This document shows, one piece after another, positions 16,747 to 26,600 of a stretch of DNA of 27,084 nt. Source of the stretch: a virus (Duplodnaviria; Caudoviricetes); IMG/VR virus record IMGVR_UViG_3300034062_000705, positions 1 to 27,084 of that record; one strand, written 5' to 3'. The position numbers were made by a program, and so were the translations under genes. The notes beneath the pieces were generated by a model, which had not been told where the DNA came from, did not search any database, and saw only the letters and a program-made list of their open reading frames with translations. How positions within the stretch are numbered: the first letter of the stretch is position 1; the number at the start of each line of letters is the position of its first letter.

Positions 16747-18387
16747 TCAGTCACCACCCCAATTCCAAGCCGTTCCGCTGCCGTCTGTGAACCCTGTGGG
16801 ATCGCTACCGTCGTCTACGAAACCAAAAGGAGTCATTTCTTCTTCCAAATTTTTCATTTGGTCTTCGTACAGGTCTTTTCGGATGTCGCTGCCTGTAATA
16901 TCTTTAAAATATGCTTGGGTTGTGAGCCATCCAAATAGCACTAGAGTCATTACCAAATCGTCATTATGATTGTCTTCGGCTTCAAAAGAATCGCCCCGTG
17001 CCACAAAAGTACACAACTCGTCCACCACACTAAAATCTTCCACTAGCAGTTTAGAGTCTTCAATCAGGTTTTTCAGAATGGCACAGCCTATACGCTTCAC
17101 GGCTGTGGAGGTCTTTACTCCCTTCATAGCCGAGCCGCCACGCCCGAAGCCACCGTTCACAACCTGTCCCTTGCGTCCCTGCATCTGCACATAAATGATG
17201 TTGTCGTATTCCATGTCATCGTGTAGAATGTCTGCTACCTGCTGTCCAATATCGTTAATCTCCACAAGCACGAATGCGTTGTTGTACTGACGAGCCACAG
17301 GGTAGATGGCATTGGGATACAACATGGGGGCTAGTTGGTTGTTGCGGAATGTGGCTACCACCTTGTACGGTATCTGCGTTACATCCACCACAGTAAACGC
17401 ATGGTAGTCTTGCCCAACTCCACGAGAGGTGTCTACCACAATCACATACTTGTGCCCTGCTTCGGGACGGGTGTACACACGCAAACCTTCGCTATTAAAA
17501 TATTCAGGAGTGCGGTACGCCAAGCATTTTAGTTTTTCGGGGTGCACAAGGGTGTGTACCGAACCCAAGAACTCCGTTTCAAACTCTGTGCGAAACTGCT
17601 CTTCGGAGGTGTTGGAAATGGTTTGCTTTTTCCACTCTTCGTCACGACCTGGCACATCGCTCCAATGCACTTCGATTGGATAATACTCGTTCTTGCCTTC
17701 TTCTCCCGTTCGCTTGTTGGCGTTTACCCACAGGCGGTAGAACATGTTCAAGCCTTTGGGAGTGGACACAATAATAACTTTGGTTTCTTTACCGCTTGTA
17801 ATGGTGGGATACACCGACGAGAAAAACTCTTCAGCCACATTCTGCGGCACATACGCAAACTCGTCCAACATGATGCAGTTGTACGAACCACCACGAACAG
17901 CGGACGATGAAGTGGCTGCTGCAAGCACTTTGGAGCCGTTTTCTAGTACAATTGAGCCTTTGTTCCACTCTACCACACCCTGCTGCAACCACACAGGCAG
18001 GTACTCGTAGGCTAGTTTCAAGCGTCCCAGCAGTTCACGGGCTGTGGCTAGTTTGTTAGCCAAGATTGCCACGCTCATGCTTTGGTTGAACAGGATATAG
18101 TGCAACAAGAACGAAATCATGGTTGTGGACTTACCGCTCTGACGGGGCATCTTGCAGATCACGAATCGGTTCTTGTGAACGGCTTCAATCATGTCCTCTT
18201 GGAACTCATACGGCTCAAACGGCACCAAGCCTTTGTCCAAAGACACAATCTTTACATAATTTTTGATGAAATACAGCGGGTCTTGAGAGCACCGCACATA
18301 CTCTTCAATCTGCTTTTCTGAAAAGTTTATGTTTACGCCAGCCGCTTTAAGGTTGGCGTTTCCAAGATATTTTTGGCTTTTGTTCAC
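16747..18387 (-). CDS. gp17: Terminase large subunit
   Basis: YLGN.NLK, Walker A PRQSGKST, Walker B IMLDEFA, IIVSTP.G.N.FY, nuclease VDTSRG..DY and DDLVM. GTG start overlaps the gp16 stop (GTGA). No intron or intein visible. Confidence 0.97.
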   Translation of the reverse strand: MNKSQKYLGNANLKAAGVNINFSEKQIEEYVRCSQDPLYFIKNYVKIVSLDKGLVPFEPYEFQEDMIEAVHKNRFVICKMPRQSGKSTTMISFLLHYILFNQSMSVAILANKLATARELLGRLKLAYEYLPVWLQQGVVEWNKGSIVLENGSKVLAAATSSSAVRGGSYNCIMLDEFAYVPQNVAEEFFSSVYPTITSGKETKVIIVSTPKGLNMFYRLWVNANKRTGEEGKNEYYPIEVHWSDVPGRDEEWKKQTISNTSEEQFRTEFETEFLGSVHTLVHPEKLKCLAYRTPEYFNSEGLRVYTRPEAGHKYVIVVDTSRGVGQDYHAFTVVDVTQIPYKVVATFRNNQLAPMLYPNAIYPVARQYNNAFVLVEINDIGQQVADILHDDMEYDNIIYVQMQGRKGQVVNGGFGRGGSAMKGVKTSTAVKRIGCAILKNLIEDSKLLVEDFSVVDELCTFVARGDSFEAEDNHNDDLVMTLVLFGWLTTQAYFKDITGSDIRKDLYEDQMKNLEEEMTPFGFVDDGSDPTGFTDGSGTAWNWGGD

Positions 18388-18875
18388 GATTCATCCTCTA
18401 CCTTTGCATCAATAAACGCTTTTGTACTGGAACGAGCAGAATTTATAATGTCTTGCAGATCACGAGTAGACCCCACATAAATGGCATTGTTTGTGGTGTG
18501 GTTGTTTGTGGTGTTGTTTTCAGTTTTGCGAATACCCTTGATCTTGTCATGGATATCTAGCAGATCACGATTGGTTTCTGAAAGGGTCTTTATCATTTGG
18601 GCTACCACTTCATACGCACGGGGCGAGTCGCCTTCTTGTGCCACGGCAATAACCCCATCCAAAGCGTTTTTGCCTGCTTCTACCAATTCACGAAGATTTT
18701 TACGAGCAGTCTCGTAATCGTGCTTCAGGTCTTTTTCAAGGTACTCGTCTGATAGAGGAGGAGTCTCTATCTTAACCATAGGCATGGGAGCAGACTGCAC
18801 AATAGCCTGTGGCTCGCTCTCACCCGTGCTACCAACACCCAATACACTTTCAATATGCGAAAACCCATCACCCAT
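18384..18875 (-). CDS. gp16: Terminase small subunit
   Basis: DYE.AR.NL..L...G..AL......A.....PRAYEV...MIK and NNAIYVGST.DLQ; directly upstream of gp17. Confidence 0.93.
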   Translation of the reverse strand: MGDGFSHIESVLGVGSTGESEPQAIVQSAPMPMVKIETPPLSDEYLEKDLKHDYETARKNLRELVEAGKNALDGVIAVAQEGDSPRAYEVVAQMIKTLSETNRDLLDIHDKIKGIRKTENNTTNNHTTNNAIYVGSTRDLQDIINSARSSTKAFIDAKVEDES

Positions 18876-18888
18876 AAAAACCTCTCAA

Positions 18889-19749
18889 TCAACTAGGATA
18901 CGGCGGTGCTGTGATCCCCATGTCTCCAAACCACTCAACTGTTACGCCCTGTGCAAGAGTAGAGCCGCTCTGATACTCGTAAATCTGGGTGTACGGGGTG
19001 TAGTTATACTTGCTGGAACTTGCACCGCTTGGTCCTGTTATACCTGTGAATATCTTGGTTGCCAATCCAGTAACACCTGCAAGTGTAGACCCTGCGGTGT
19101 AACTTGGAAAGTAATTGAAATCGTAAATCTTGGTATCGGTCTTGCGGATTTCCTTGTAACTGCGGACATTACCAAAGATGTACGACTTCATGGTGAAGTT
19201 CAGGGTGAAAATAATACTACGACGAGACTGGAAATCGCCTTCGTAGTCTTCTTCAGAACTCACAGAGTTCAGGTAGATGGGTACATCTACCTTTGTATTC
19301 ACATCGTCAAAGTTAACAGTAGCCACAAATTCAGGAGCAAAGTACGGTAGTATTTGTTCAACAATTTGCAGCCCGTCGTCCATGTTTCGGGTGTACACAT
19401 ACAGCCCAAAGTCAATGTTGTACGGCACCTCTGCAAAGGTATACTTCATAGACGATGTTTGTGTATCACGAACCACATTTCGCTGCATGCTGTTTCGCTT
19501 ACGGGCAGGATCGTATGCAAATCCTGTAATTTCAAATGCCATGCGTGGCAGGGTAATCTGCATGGGATTCTGTAGATACGGATCTCCTGCTAAACGCACC
19601 TTGTACTTTTCTTTGGGAGCGTATGCTAGGGGCACTTCAATGTATTCTGTGCCGTTACTAGTAGCACGAGAAATCTTGATTTGGTTGAATAAGGCACCAA
19701 ATGCCACCACCATTCGCCTGATGGATTGGTTATAGAACTGCGTAAACAT
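18889..19749 (-). CDS. gp15: Tail sheath stabilizer / tail terminator
   Basis: FY..SIR..V.AFG.LFN.I, VPLAY.PKEK, ITLPRM.FE, VPYN..F.L, QIVEQILPYF.P, YEGDF..RR.II.TL.FT.K.Y.FG. Confidence 0.94.
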   Translation of the reverse strand: MFTQFYNQSIRRMVVAFGALFNQIKISRATSNGTEYIEVPLAYAPKEKYKVRLAGDPYLQNPMQITLPRMAFEITGFAYDPARKRNSMQRNVVRDTQTSSMKYTFAEVPYNIDFGLYVYTRNMDDGLQIVEQILPYFAPEFVATVNFDDVNTKVDVPIYLNSVSSEEDYEGDFQSRRSIIFTLNFTMKSYIFGNVRSYKEIRKTDTKIYDFNYFPSYTAGSTLAGVTGLATKIFTGITGPSGASSSKYNYTPYTQIYEYQSGSTLAQGVTVEWFGDMGITAPPYPS

Positions 19750-20633
19750 CAGTACAGTCCTTCACTAAACGGATCTTTCTCTGTGAAATCAAAGATGTTG
19801 TCACGATTGGCTTCCAAATCAAGGGCTTCGTTGTCTTGAATGTTTGCGTTAGTTGTGTGGATATTTGTATTGGTGATCTCTGTAATAGCAGTAGACGCAT
19901 TACTGGTTCTGCCAACAACGGTATCACCTACTTCAAAATCACCTTTGGTCACATTTACGGTAATGTAATAGTTATTGTCTGCGGTATCCTCAACCTTGTC
20001 TACTCTGCCAACTGCATGTGGGTTTGCAGAATTACCAGCGTAAATTTCTTCGCCAACCGTGAATGCCTTTGCTGAACTACTAACCTTGAACAGTTTTTTA
20101 TAAGTCGCTACAGCAGCCACCGCAGCGTCCATATCGCTTTCACCTGTATCAATCTCTTCTTGCGTGTACTTGAAGGATTCACAGTACAGTTTGAAAGAGT
20201 ATCGTTGACCCAGCGGATAGAACGGGTTGTCGTGTTCCACATACTTGATTTCAAACAGATTATACGGATAATCAAAATAAATGATGTCGCCTTCACGGGG
20301 GCGACCCAAATCTCGGATTGCAGTATTGTGGCTCATTACTTCCAAGAACCTACGCTTGGACACAATGAAAGTGCAGTTCTCTCGGATATCTAAACCAAAC
20401 CGAGTCATGTCACTTTCGCCATCAAATCCTTCAGCGTTTTCCATGTACATTTCTATACGGTTTGCGTCCTTGAACTTGGACACTTCTTCGCCAAGAATCT
20501 TGTCTTCTGTAACCGTTTCTCGTGGAATGTACACCATATCGTGACCGTGGATTTTGATAGCCTCGGTCGTGAGTGATTCTAGTAGGTTCTGCTCGCCTAC
20601 ATTGTTCCTACGAAAATACGGGTTTACTGCCAT
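19749..20633 (-). CDS. gp14: Neck (head closure) protein
   Basis: NPYF, EQ.L.E.L..EAIKI.G.D..Y.PR, RPREGD.IY, FEIK.VEH..PFY.LG, DFTE.DPF. Carries an extra C-terminal beta domain (F.VGE...F.VGD). Confidence 0.94.
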   Translation of the reverse strand: MAVNPYFRRNNVGEQNLLESLTTEAIKIHGHDMVYIPRETVTEDKILGEEVSKFKDANRIEMYMENAEGFDGESDMTRFGLDIRENCTFIVSKRRFLEVMSHNTAIRDLGRPREGDIIYFDYPYNLFEIKYVEHDNPFYPLGQRYSFKLYCESFKYTQEEIDTGESDMDAAVAAVATYKKLFKVSSSAKAFTVGEEIYAGNSANPHAVGRVDKVEDTADNNYYITVNVTKGDFEVGDTVVGRTSNASTAITEITNTNIHTTNANIQDNEALDLEANRDNIFDFTEKDPFSEGLY

Positions 20634-20636
20634 GCT

Positions 20637-21392
20637 TTATCCTGTAATAAAATCGGGTGGCAATTGGTACTTGCTCTGCACATCTTCTTCCAATTTTGCT
20701 ATTTCTTCCATTGCTTCCTGATAGATTTTACCGCCGTTGAATGTGACATTTCCTGGGAGTGGCATACCCTCGTACTTAGACAGGTTTACTCCCCACTGCC
20801 GCTTGATAAGAGCAATAGTATACTTTTTCAGGTAGTTGTCGTTATAAATTTCGGTTGCGAGTTCGGGGTTATTGGCTGTGTACGCCTCAATCATAAGGAA
20901 AGTGCCTGCCTGCATATCGGTTGTGGTGGCATCAATAAACAGGCGGTTGTTTACTCGGTTGAAACGAATCTGTTTTTCAGGATCAAGCAACTGCTCCAAC
21001 ATCTCAATATACTGCATGGTAGACACATAGTAGTTCAGATTGGTCTGCCCTGTACGCAAACCGTAAAAGTCATTGAGTGCCAACTGGTAGCGGATGTTAA
21101 AGATATTATGGGTGGAGATGTTGAAGCCCATATGAAATATACGATTAATTGTCAGAATGGACGGATCAATGGGGGTGGTGTCTATAAATTTACGGTCGAT
21201 GTCTTGTTGTGTTAGCGGATAGGTGTAGTACATCCGCATACCGCCATCGTGGTGCCACTTGGCAAAGTATTGTAGTGCTTCGTCAATGCGGTCTTCTACC
21301 TGTGAGTCTTCCACATTAACTTCAATCACAGGATGACCTAGTGCCCGTAGGCAGTAGTCTTTTAGTTGTTGACGGGATTGTGGGCTAGCCAT
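20637..21392 (-). CDS. gp13: Neck (head-tail adaptor) protein
   Basis: P.SR..LKDYCLR.LG.PVIE.NV...Q.EDRIDEALQ.F, LK.Y..ALIK.QWG.NL.KY.G..LPG.VT.NG, LPPDF..G. Confidence 0.95.
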   Translation of the reverse strand: MASPQSRQQLKDYCLRALGHPVIEVNVEDSQVEDRIDEALQYFAKWHHDGGMRMYYTYPLTQQDIDRKFIDTTPIDPSILTINRIFHMGFNISTHNIFNIRYQLALNDFYGLRTGQTNLNYYVSTMQYIEMLEQLLDPEKQIRFNRVNNRLFIDATTTDMQAGTFLMIEAYTANNPELATEIYNDNYLKKYTIALIKRQWGVNLSKYEGMPLPGNVTFNGGKIYQEAMEEIAKLEEDVQSKYQLPPDFITG

Positions 21393-21409
21393 GCAGTCTC
21401 CTTTTCAAG

Positions 21410-21417
21410 TATTTAGG
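21410..21417 (-). promoter_or_regulatory. Late promoter box (CCTAAATA) for gp13-gp17
   Basis: Intergenic, followed by SD AAGGAG and the gp13 ATG. Confidence 0.7.
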
Positions 21418-21432
21418 AGCGTGGCGTTTTGC

Positions 21433-21705
21433 CTAGTCTCCGTTTTCAGCCTTTAGTCTTTCCACTAGTAAGGCTAGTTCAGGCTCGCGGGCACACCACC
21501 GATCACAACCCGCGTCTTGTTTCTTTAGGTATACGGTATTGTCTCCGTCTGTAACATAGTGCCGAACGCCCTGCTCGTATACCCGTGTGTGAAATCCAAA
21601 CGGAACAGAGTAGTCACCACACACTTTCAAAAAATCATCCCACGAGTACTCGCGCCCGTTGAGAACCACCTTTGAGTTTCCATAATGTATAAGGGATATA
21701 GCCAT
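21433..21705 (-). CDS. Hypothetical 90-aa protein (possible fibre-associated/assembly factor)
   Basis: Fills the gap between the LamG gene and gp13, starting 3 nt after the upstream stop. No recognisable motif. Confidence 0.6.
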   Translation of the reverse strand: MAISLIHYGNSKVVLNGREYSWDDFLKVCGDYSVPFGFHTRVYEQGVRHYVTDGDNTVYLKKQDAGCDRWCAREPELALLVERLKAENGD

Positions 21706-21708
21706 AAA

Positions 21709-23622
21709 TTATGGAATGGCTTCTACTTTTTCTTGTTCTACACCAGTGTTCCAGTAGTTTTCTGGAGAACGATTGGTTTTTGTGGTTAGTGATGTTACAG
21801 GAATGTAGACCACTGAATTTCCACTTGCTGCTAACTTGGAAACAATTTTGGGTTGTGTGATACCTTGGAAAAGTTTCAAATCTGTATAGGATGTTTTGGA
21901 GTCTATGGCATTATTGGCAAATGTTCTTGCAGTATTTGCTTCACCAAAATACGCCAACACATCTTTATACAAATTGCAAGCAGCAGCAGTTACAAACGAA
22001 TAATAGTTTCCTTGTGCGTTTGGTATGCCAACCTCAGCAGTTAATCCACCCACAATAATAGCATCGTAGACATTTTTCAAATAATTCAAGTTGCTTTCTA
22101 TTCCGTAGTATGTCCACGATGTTGGGAAAGTGGAACCAGAATATAGGTTTGTAAAATCTCCACTTGCTCCGCTTGCACCAGCCATTGCAGTAATTCCGAG
22201 ATAGTAACGGAAACTGTAATCAATAAGGTCTTTTCTGTACTCCTTTGCACCAGTTAGACCAGAAGTCAAATCGGTTACTGCTGTTGGAATGAAACACGAC
22301 TTGGTATCGTATCCGAAAATATAACCGTATGATGTTCCTGGAACAGCATGACCTCCACACACACCCACTATGGGGGTTGTCCATGTTCGTGAAGCCGTGG
22401 AGCCAATATTTCCGTATATGAACAAATCGCCGTTATAAAACGCCACATTACTCATTATTTTGTTTGTGGTATCGCAGGGGAATAAAGATGTGCCTTCTGG
22501 GCCATCCATTCCCAAATGGTATACAGTGTAAAATCCTGCTTCTTGCTTTGTAGTTATGGTTGGTCCTGTTGCTCCTCCCGAAAATCCACGAACAGGATCA
22601 AGACGGCCTCCGTTGGTTGAACCAATACTAACCATTATGTCATCAAGCCAACCCTTGAGTGGTCTGTAGCCTTGAGGACCACAACCAACATAGAAACTTG
22701 ACGGGGTGTTTCTAATGTTTCCAGCAATGGTAGCAATTTTTTCTTGCCGCTCTCCGTTCCAATACGAGCAGACGGATGCACTGCTTCCAGCATTGATCCA
22801 CGATACGGCAAAATGATGCCATTGACCAAGTGTTACTCCACTTGCGGGAGACACATTCATAGAATAACTGAATCCGCTATTGCTGTGAGACGAATGGCTA
22901 AAGTGGAATTTTAATCGCTTGGCACTAATATCAGAATCGTATTCAAGCGAGAAAGAATCATTTGTTGTGCCAATTCCAATACCAGCAGAAGCACACACTC
23001 CACGGAACGCAATTATAGGGTCGTAAGTGGTTGAAGGATTGGATTCCAACAGAATAAAACCAGAAATCAAGAAACAGGTTCCTGTTGTTCCCGCACTGCT
23101 AAATCCTGGAAGACTTAATCCCGCTGTGGGGGTGTCCAAATCCAAATAAGAACCCATGAACTGTGCTGCGTTGTTGCCAAGGAAACCGCTTACACCAGTT
23201 ATTCCAATAATTGGATTGTATTCTGTGGCAGTAATGCCACTTGGAGCATAAAAATTGATTACTTCTGGTCTAATGTTAGACTGATACACCAACTCGTTTG
23301 TGGCAAATCCTTTGTATAGTGTTCCAGAAATCTGCTGATCGGCTATGGGAACAATATTGGATCTGGTTTGTAGAGTCAGTGATCTGCTTTTTGGTGTTTC
23401 AAAATCGTTTTGCAACTCTATAGAATTTGTTGCGCCAATGGTTGTAAAAGTAGACGCATATATGTCCTCTCTTGCACTATCAACAATAATTGGCAAAAAG
23501 CCAGCACCGTAATTAGATGGAATAAAAGACTCTTCTGATTGCGAAATAGAAGAAGAGATTAGAGCGGAAGAAGGGGGAACTACTTCTCCACTAGAGTTTA
23601 TTACTATTACCTTTTTGCTCAT
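21709..23622 (-). CDS. Virion structural protein with LamG/concanavalin-A-like domain
   Basis: Pattern ...GQWHHFAVSW...YWNG...FYVG...LKGWLDDIMVS is Laminin_G_3-like; G/S/T rich. Likely start is the ATG at 23622 (MSKK), with SD GGAGGAGGA supplied by the last three Gly codons of the upstream gene. Confidence 0.75.
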   Translation of the reverse strand: MSKKVIVINSSGEVVPPSSALISSSISQSEESFIPSNYGAGFLPIIVDSAREDIYASTFTTIGATNSIELQNDFETPKSRSLTLQTRSNIVPIADQQISGTLYKGFATNELVYQSNIRPEVINFYAPSGITATEYNPIIGITGVSGFLGNNAAQFMGSYLDLDTPTAGLSLPGFSSAGTTGTCFLISGFILLESNPSTTYDPIIAFRGVCASAGIGIGTTNDSFSLEYDSDISAKRLKFHFSHSSHSNSGFSYSMNVSPASGVTLGQWHHFAVSWINAGSSASVCSYWNGERQEKIATIAGNIRNTPSSFYVGCGPQGYRPLKGWLDDIMVSIGSTNGGRLDPVRGFSGGATGPTITTKQEAGFYTVYHLGMDGPEGTSLFPCDTTNKIMSNVAFYNGDLFIYGNIGSTASRTWTTPIVGVCGGHAVPGTSYGYIFGYDTKSCFIPTAVTDLTSGLTGAKEYRKDLIDYSFRYYLGITAMAGASGASGDFTNLYSGSTFPTSWTYYGIESNLNYLKNVYDAIIVGGLTAEVGIPNAQGNYYSFVTAAACNLYKDVLAYFGEANTARTFANNAIDSKTSYTDLKLFQGITQPKIVSKLAASGNSVVYIPVTSLTTKTNRSPENYWNTGVEQEKVEAIP

Positions 23623-23623
23623 A

Positions 23624-26600
23624 TTATCCTCCTCCACTAGAGTAGTAAGCGTTCAGTACTGTTTGAGTTCCTCTATAAAGTGCTGGACCAGAATACCCTG
23701 GAGGATTTGCAGTAAAAGCAGAAGCAATTTGATTTGCACTAGGTATCAAATTTTGGTCAATACTTCCAGCACCACCAAAATTTACAGGAGATTTATACAG
23801 CAGATTATTGGAAGTGCTTGGAGTTCCAGATCCTCCAACCCATCCAGTTGCACCCTTTATCCACCACATGGTCATGCCTCGTGGAATATTGTACATTAGT
23901 TGGGTTCCGTTTCCAGAAGTGGGCAATCCAAATGTGCCTCGTGTCATGGTGTTTATAAAGAGATTGGATTGCCCTTGACTTGTGTTCCATATGTGCCAAA
24001 GAGCACCGCAACCACTTGCTAGAGAATTATACCCAAAGTAGTATTTGATTGCAGTTGTATCGCTACTTTCAGCGTAATATCCACCATCAAATGCCGCAAT
24101 TACTGATATGTAAGTGCCAGCAGTCCAATCAGATTGAGTATTATGATCTAGAAGGAATGGGATTGAAATATTTGCTGTGTTTATTCCCAACTCTGTGGTG
24201 CCACCTTTATTATAGAATCCCATGTTCTGCCCTGCTTCGTTCACATGGGCACGCCTAGAATACGGAAGACCAATTACTACAGGATCGTGATAATCCGAAT
24301 TGTAACCAAGAGACAGATAGGCTCCGTGACGAGAATAGATTCCGTATCCGTAGTCGTTTCCTAACTCCCATCCACCGTAACCAAACCCAAACGGATGCTT
24401 TATATGTACTCCTCCCAAAGCAAGTATAGCGGGTTTTTGCTGAACAAGTACACCAGAGTGGGTAAAGTCTCGTATACTGATTGCTCCTCTTGCGCTTTTA
24501 ACAACAGAATCACCACCACTAGATACAATTTGACTATAGCACCTACCACGAAAAATAGCATTTCCAGCAATGTAAAATTTTCCGCCGAGAGAGGTAAGGA
24601 TAGAATGTCCATTATTCGCGCCAAATCCATACAACCTCACATAGTCTTTGGATCTCTCACCAACTCCATTTGCACTACTATTGGTAAGAGTCAATCCAAA
24701 TTCAGTTCCCTTGTTTGTTCCGAGTGCTGTGGTGCTGCATGATAGAGTGGTTCCACCACTACAACCCAAAACTATTCCACCATTACCCAATCCAAGATAC
24801 TCTAGAGTTGTTCCTTCTGTATTATTAGAATACGCAAAAAATTCAAGAGTATTTCCAGCAGAAGCATTTAACCATGATCTTACCGCTTCAATGGTATCAA
24901 ATGCAGGAGTATTAAGTTTCTGACAGTGGAATATGACACTTTGATTTTTTACAGGTCTTTCATTTACAACGGTTCCCGCTCCGTTTCTCCATGTTCCAAG
25001 AGTCCATCCAGTGGAAGCGGCTTTCTGATCCACAGTAGTTTCTATTATATTAAACGCTCGCAGAACAGCCGTTCGTGTACCGCCTTGGTTTTTATAACCA
25101 ACAACACTCTTGTATCTGTCCCCGCGAGTGTTTGCAAAAATTTCAGGAACATAAAAAGCAGCAGTTAGTCCATTTGAAAGAGTAGATCCCGAAAACTGCG
25201 GTATGTCCAACCGTAATTGGGTATATCCTGGAGTATACGAATTGTAAGAAATGTCTAATGGACCCATATACATTTTGGCGTTGTTAAAAGAAAACAACAT
25301 ATTTGTTGCGGGTGTAATTGATTGCATCAGGACGGCTTGATTGCAATACGAATCACTTAGTTTGCTACTGGTTCTGAAACCATTGGTAAAATCTACAACT
25401 CCATTTGGACCGTCTACATGTATTCCAGCCGAGTGGCTGCTAACAAATATTGGAGTATTCATTAAAAGCCCAAGTTTAGGGTAATAGAAAGTGCTTCCAA
25501 CATTATGAACTCCAGGGCTATACTCCATATAATTGGAAGCATCAAAACCCATGTCACTGAGCAGCGTTCCGTTGTTTACATAAACGCACACAGGACTGTT
25601 CACAGACAATCCGTATCCAAGGAAACCAAGGTTACGAATTGATGTGCTGCCTCCGTCCTGAACAATCATTCCAGGATTTGAAGCGTAACGAGTAACACTT
25701 GCACTAACAGCGTTTAGTTGGTGATCCCATCCACTACAAACCGATTTTGCACCGTAACTAGCACCTTCAACATGTCCATTCACAAACATGAGATTTCTGA
25801 TGGATTTAATAGTTCCGCCCTCAATCACTAGAGGAATGGGTTGAGCATTTGTTCCATTGTTGAATGTGATTGATCCGCTGCTATAAGTTTTGATAACAAC
25901 TGGGAAATTTGTCAACAGGTGTGCGTCATCACTAACATGAACCTCACCAGCGTTTCGTGCGGGATATCCAACAGAAACTCCTGAAGCAATTCCAAACTGA
26001 ACTCCACCAACCGAAGAAGATGAATACGGATCAATAGTCGCCAAACTTGAACTTACGCCAAAAGTTGGACCATAGAAACCGTTTGGTTGAGAGTACTGTG
26101 GCTCTGGATAGCACGGATTGTTTCCTAAAGTTCCGTATCCAGTAAGACCGTTTCCAAGTCCTCCTGGGAGTTTTCCGTTTACGGTGGTGTTTGGATAGGT
26201 GTTGATTCGACCGTCCAGATTGATCCATTTAAACTGAAGTGCCAAATCAAAAGCACTAGAAGACGCACCTTCAATTCGTGCTAATCCTAAAATGGCTTGA
26301 GAGTCTTCATACGACAAACCGTGGTTATACACATGTCTGCCAAAGTTGTGGCCGTGTGTGTTTGTGTATTTTGCAGAAGCAACTCCATTCAAAGCATCGT
26401 TATAACCAATAATAGTAGACGAGTGTAGGAACGCATTAGACACGGACACATATCCAAACTCGTCTTCTGCACTGAATCCGTGGGCGGTATTTCCGTTTCC
26501 TAATGGGTAGTTAGCAGCAGTATCTCCACCCGCATGAACAGCATACCATGTGTTTACTGTGCCAGTGTGACCGAAATACGCAACCCGCGACAAGTCCCAA

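Noticed and set aside
18487-18514. 13-bp direct repeat with 15-bp period near the end of gp16 (possible pac signal)
   Set aside because: It encodes the N/T-rich stretch (NNTTNNHTTNN) typical of gp16 C-termini; nothing independent supports a packaging site.
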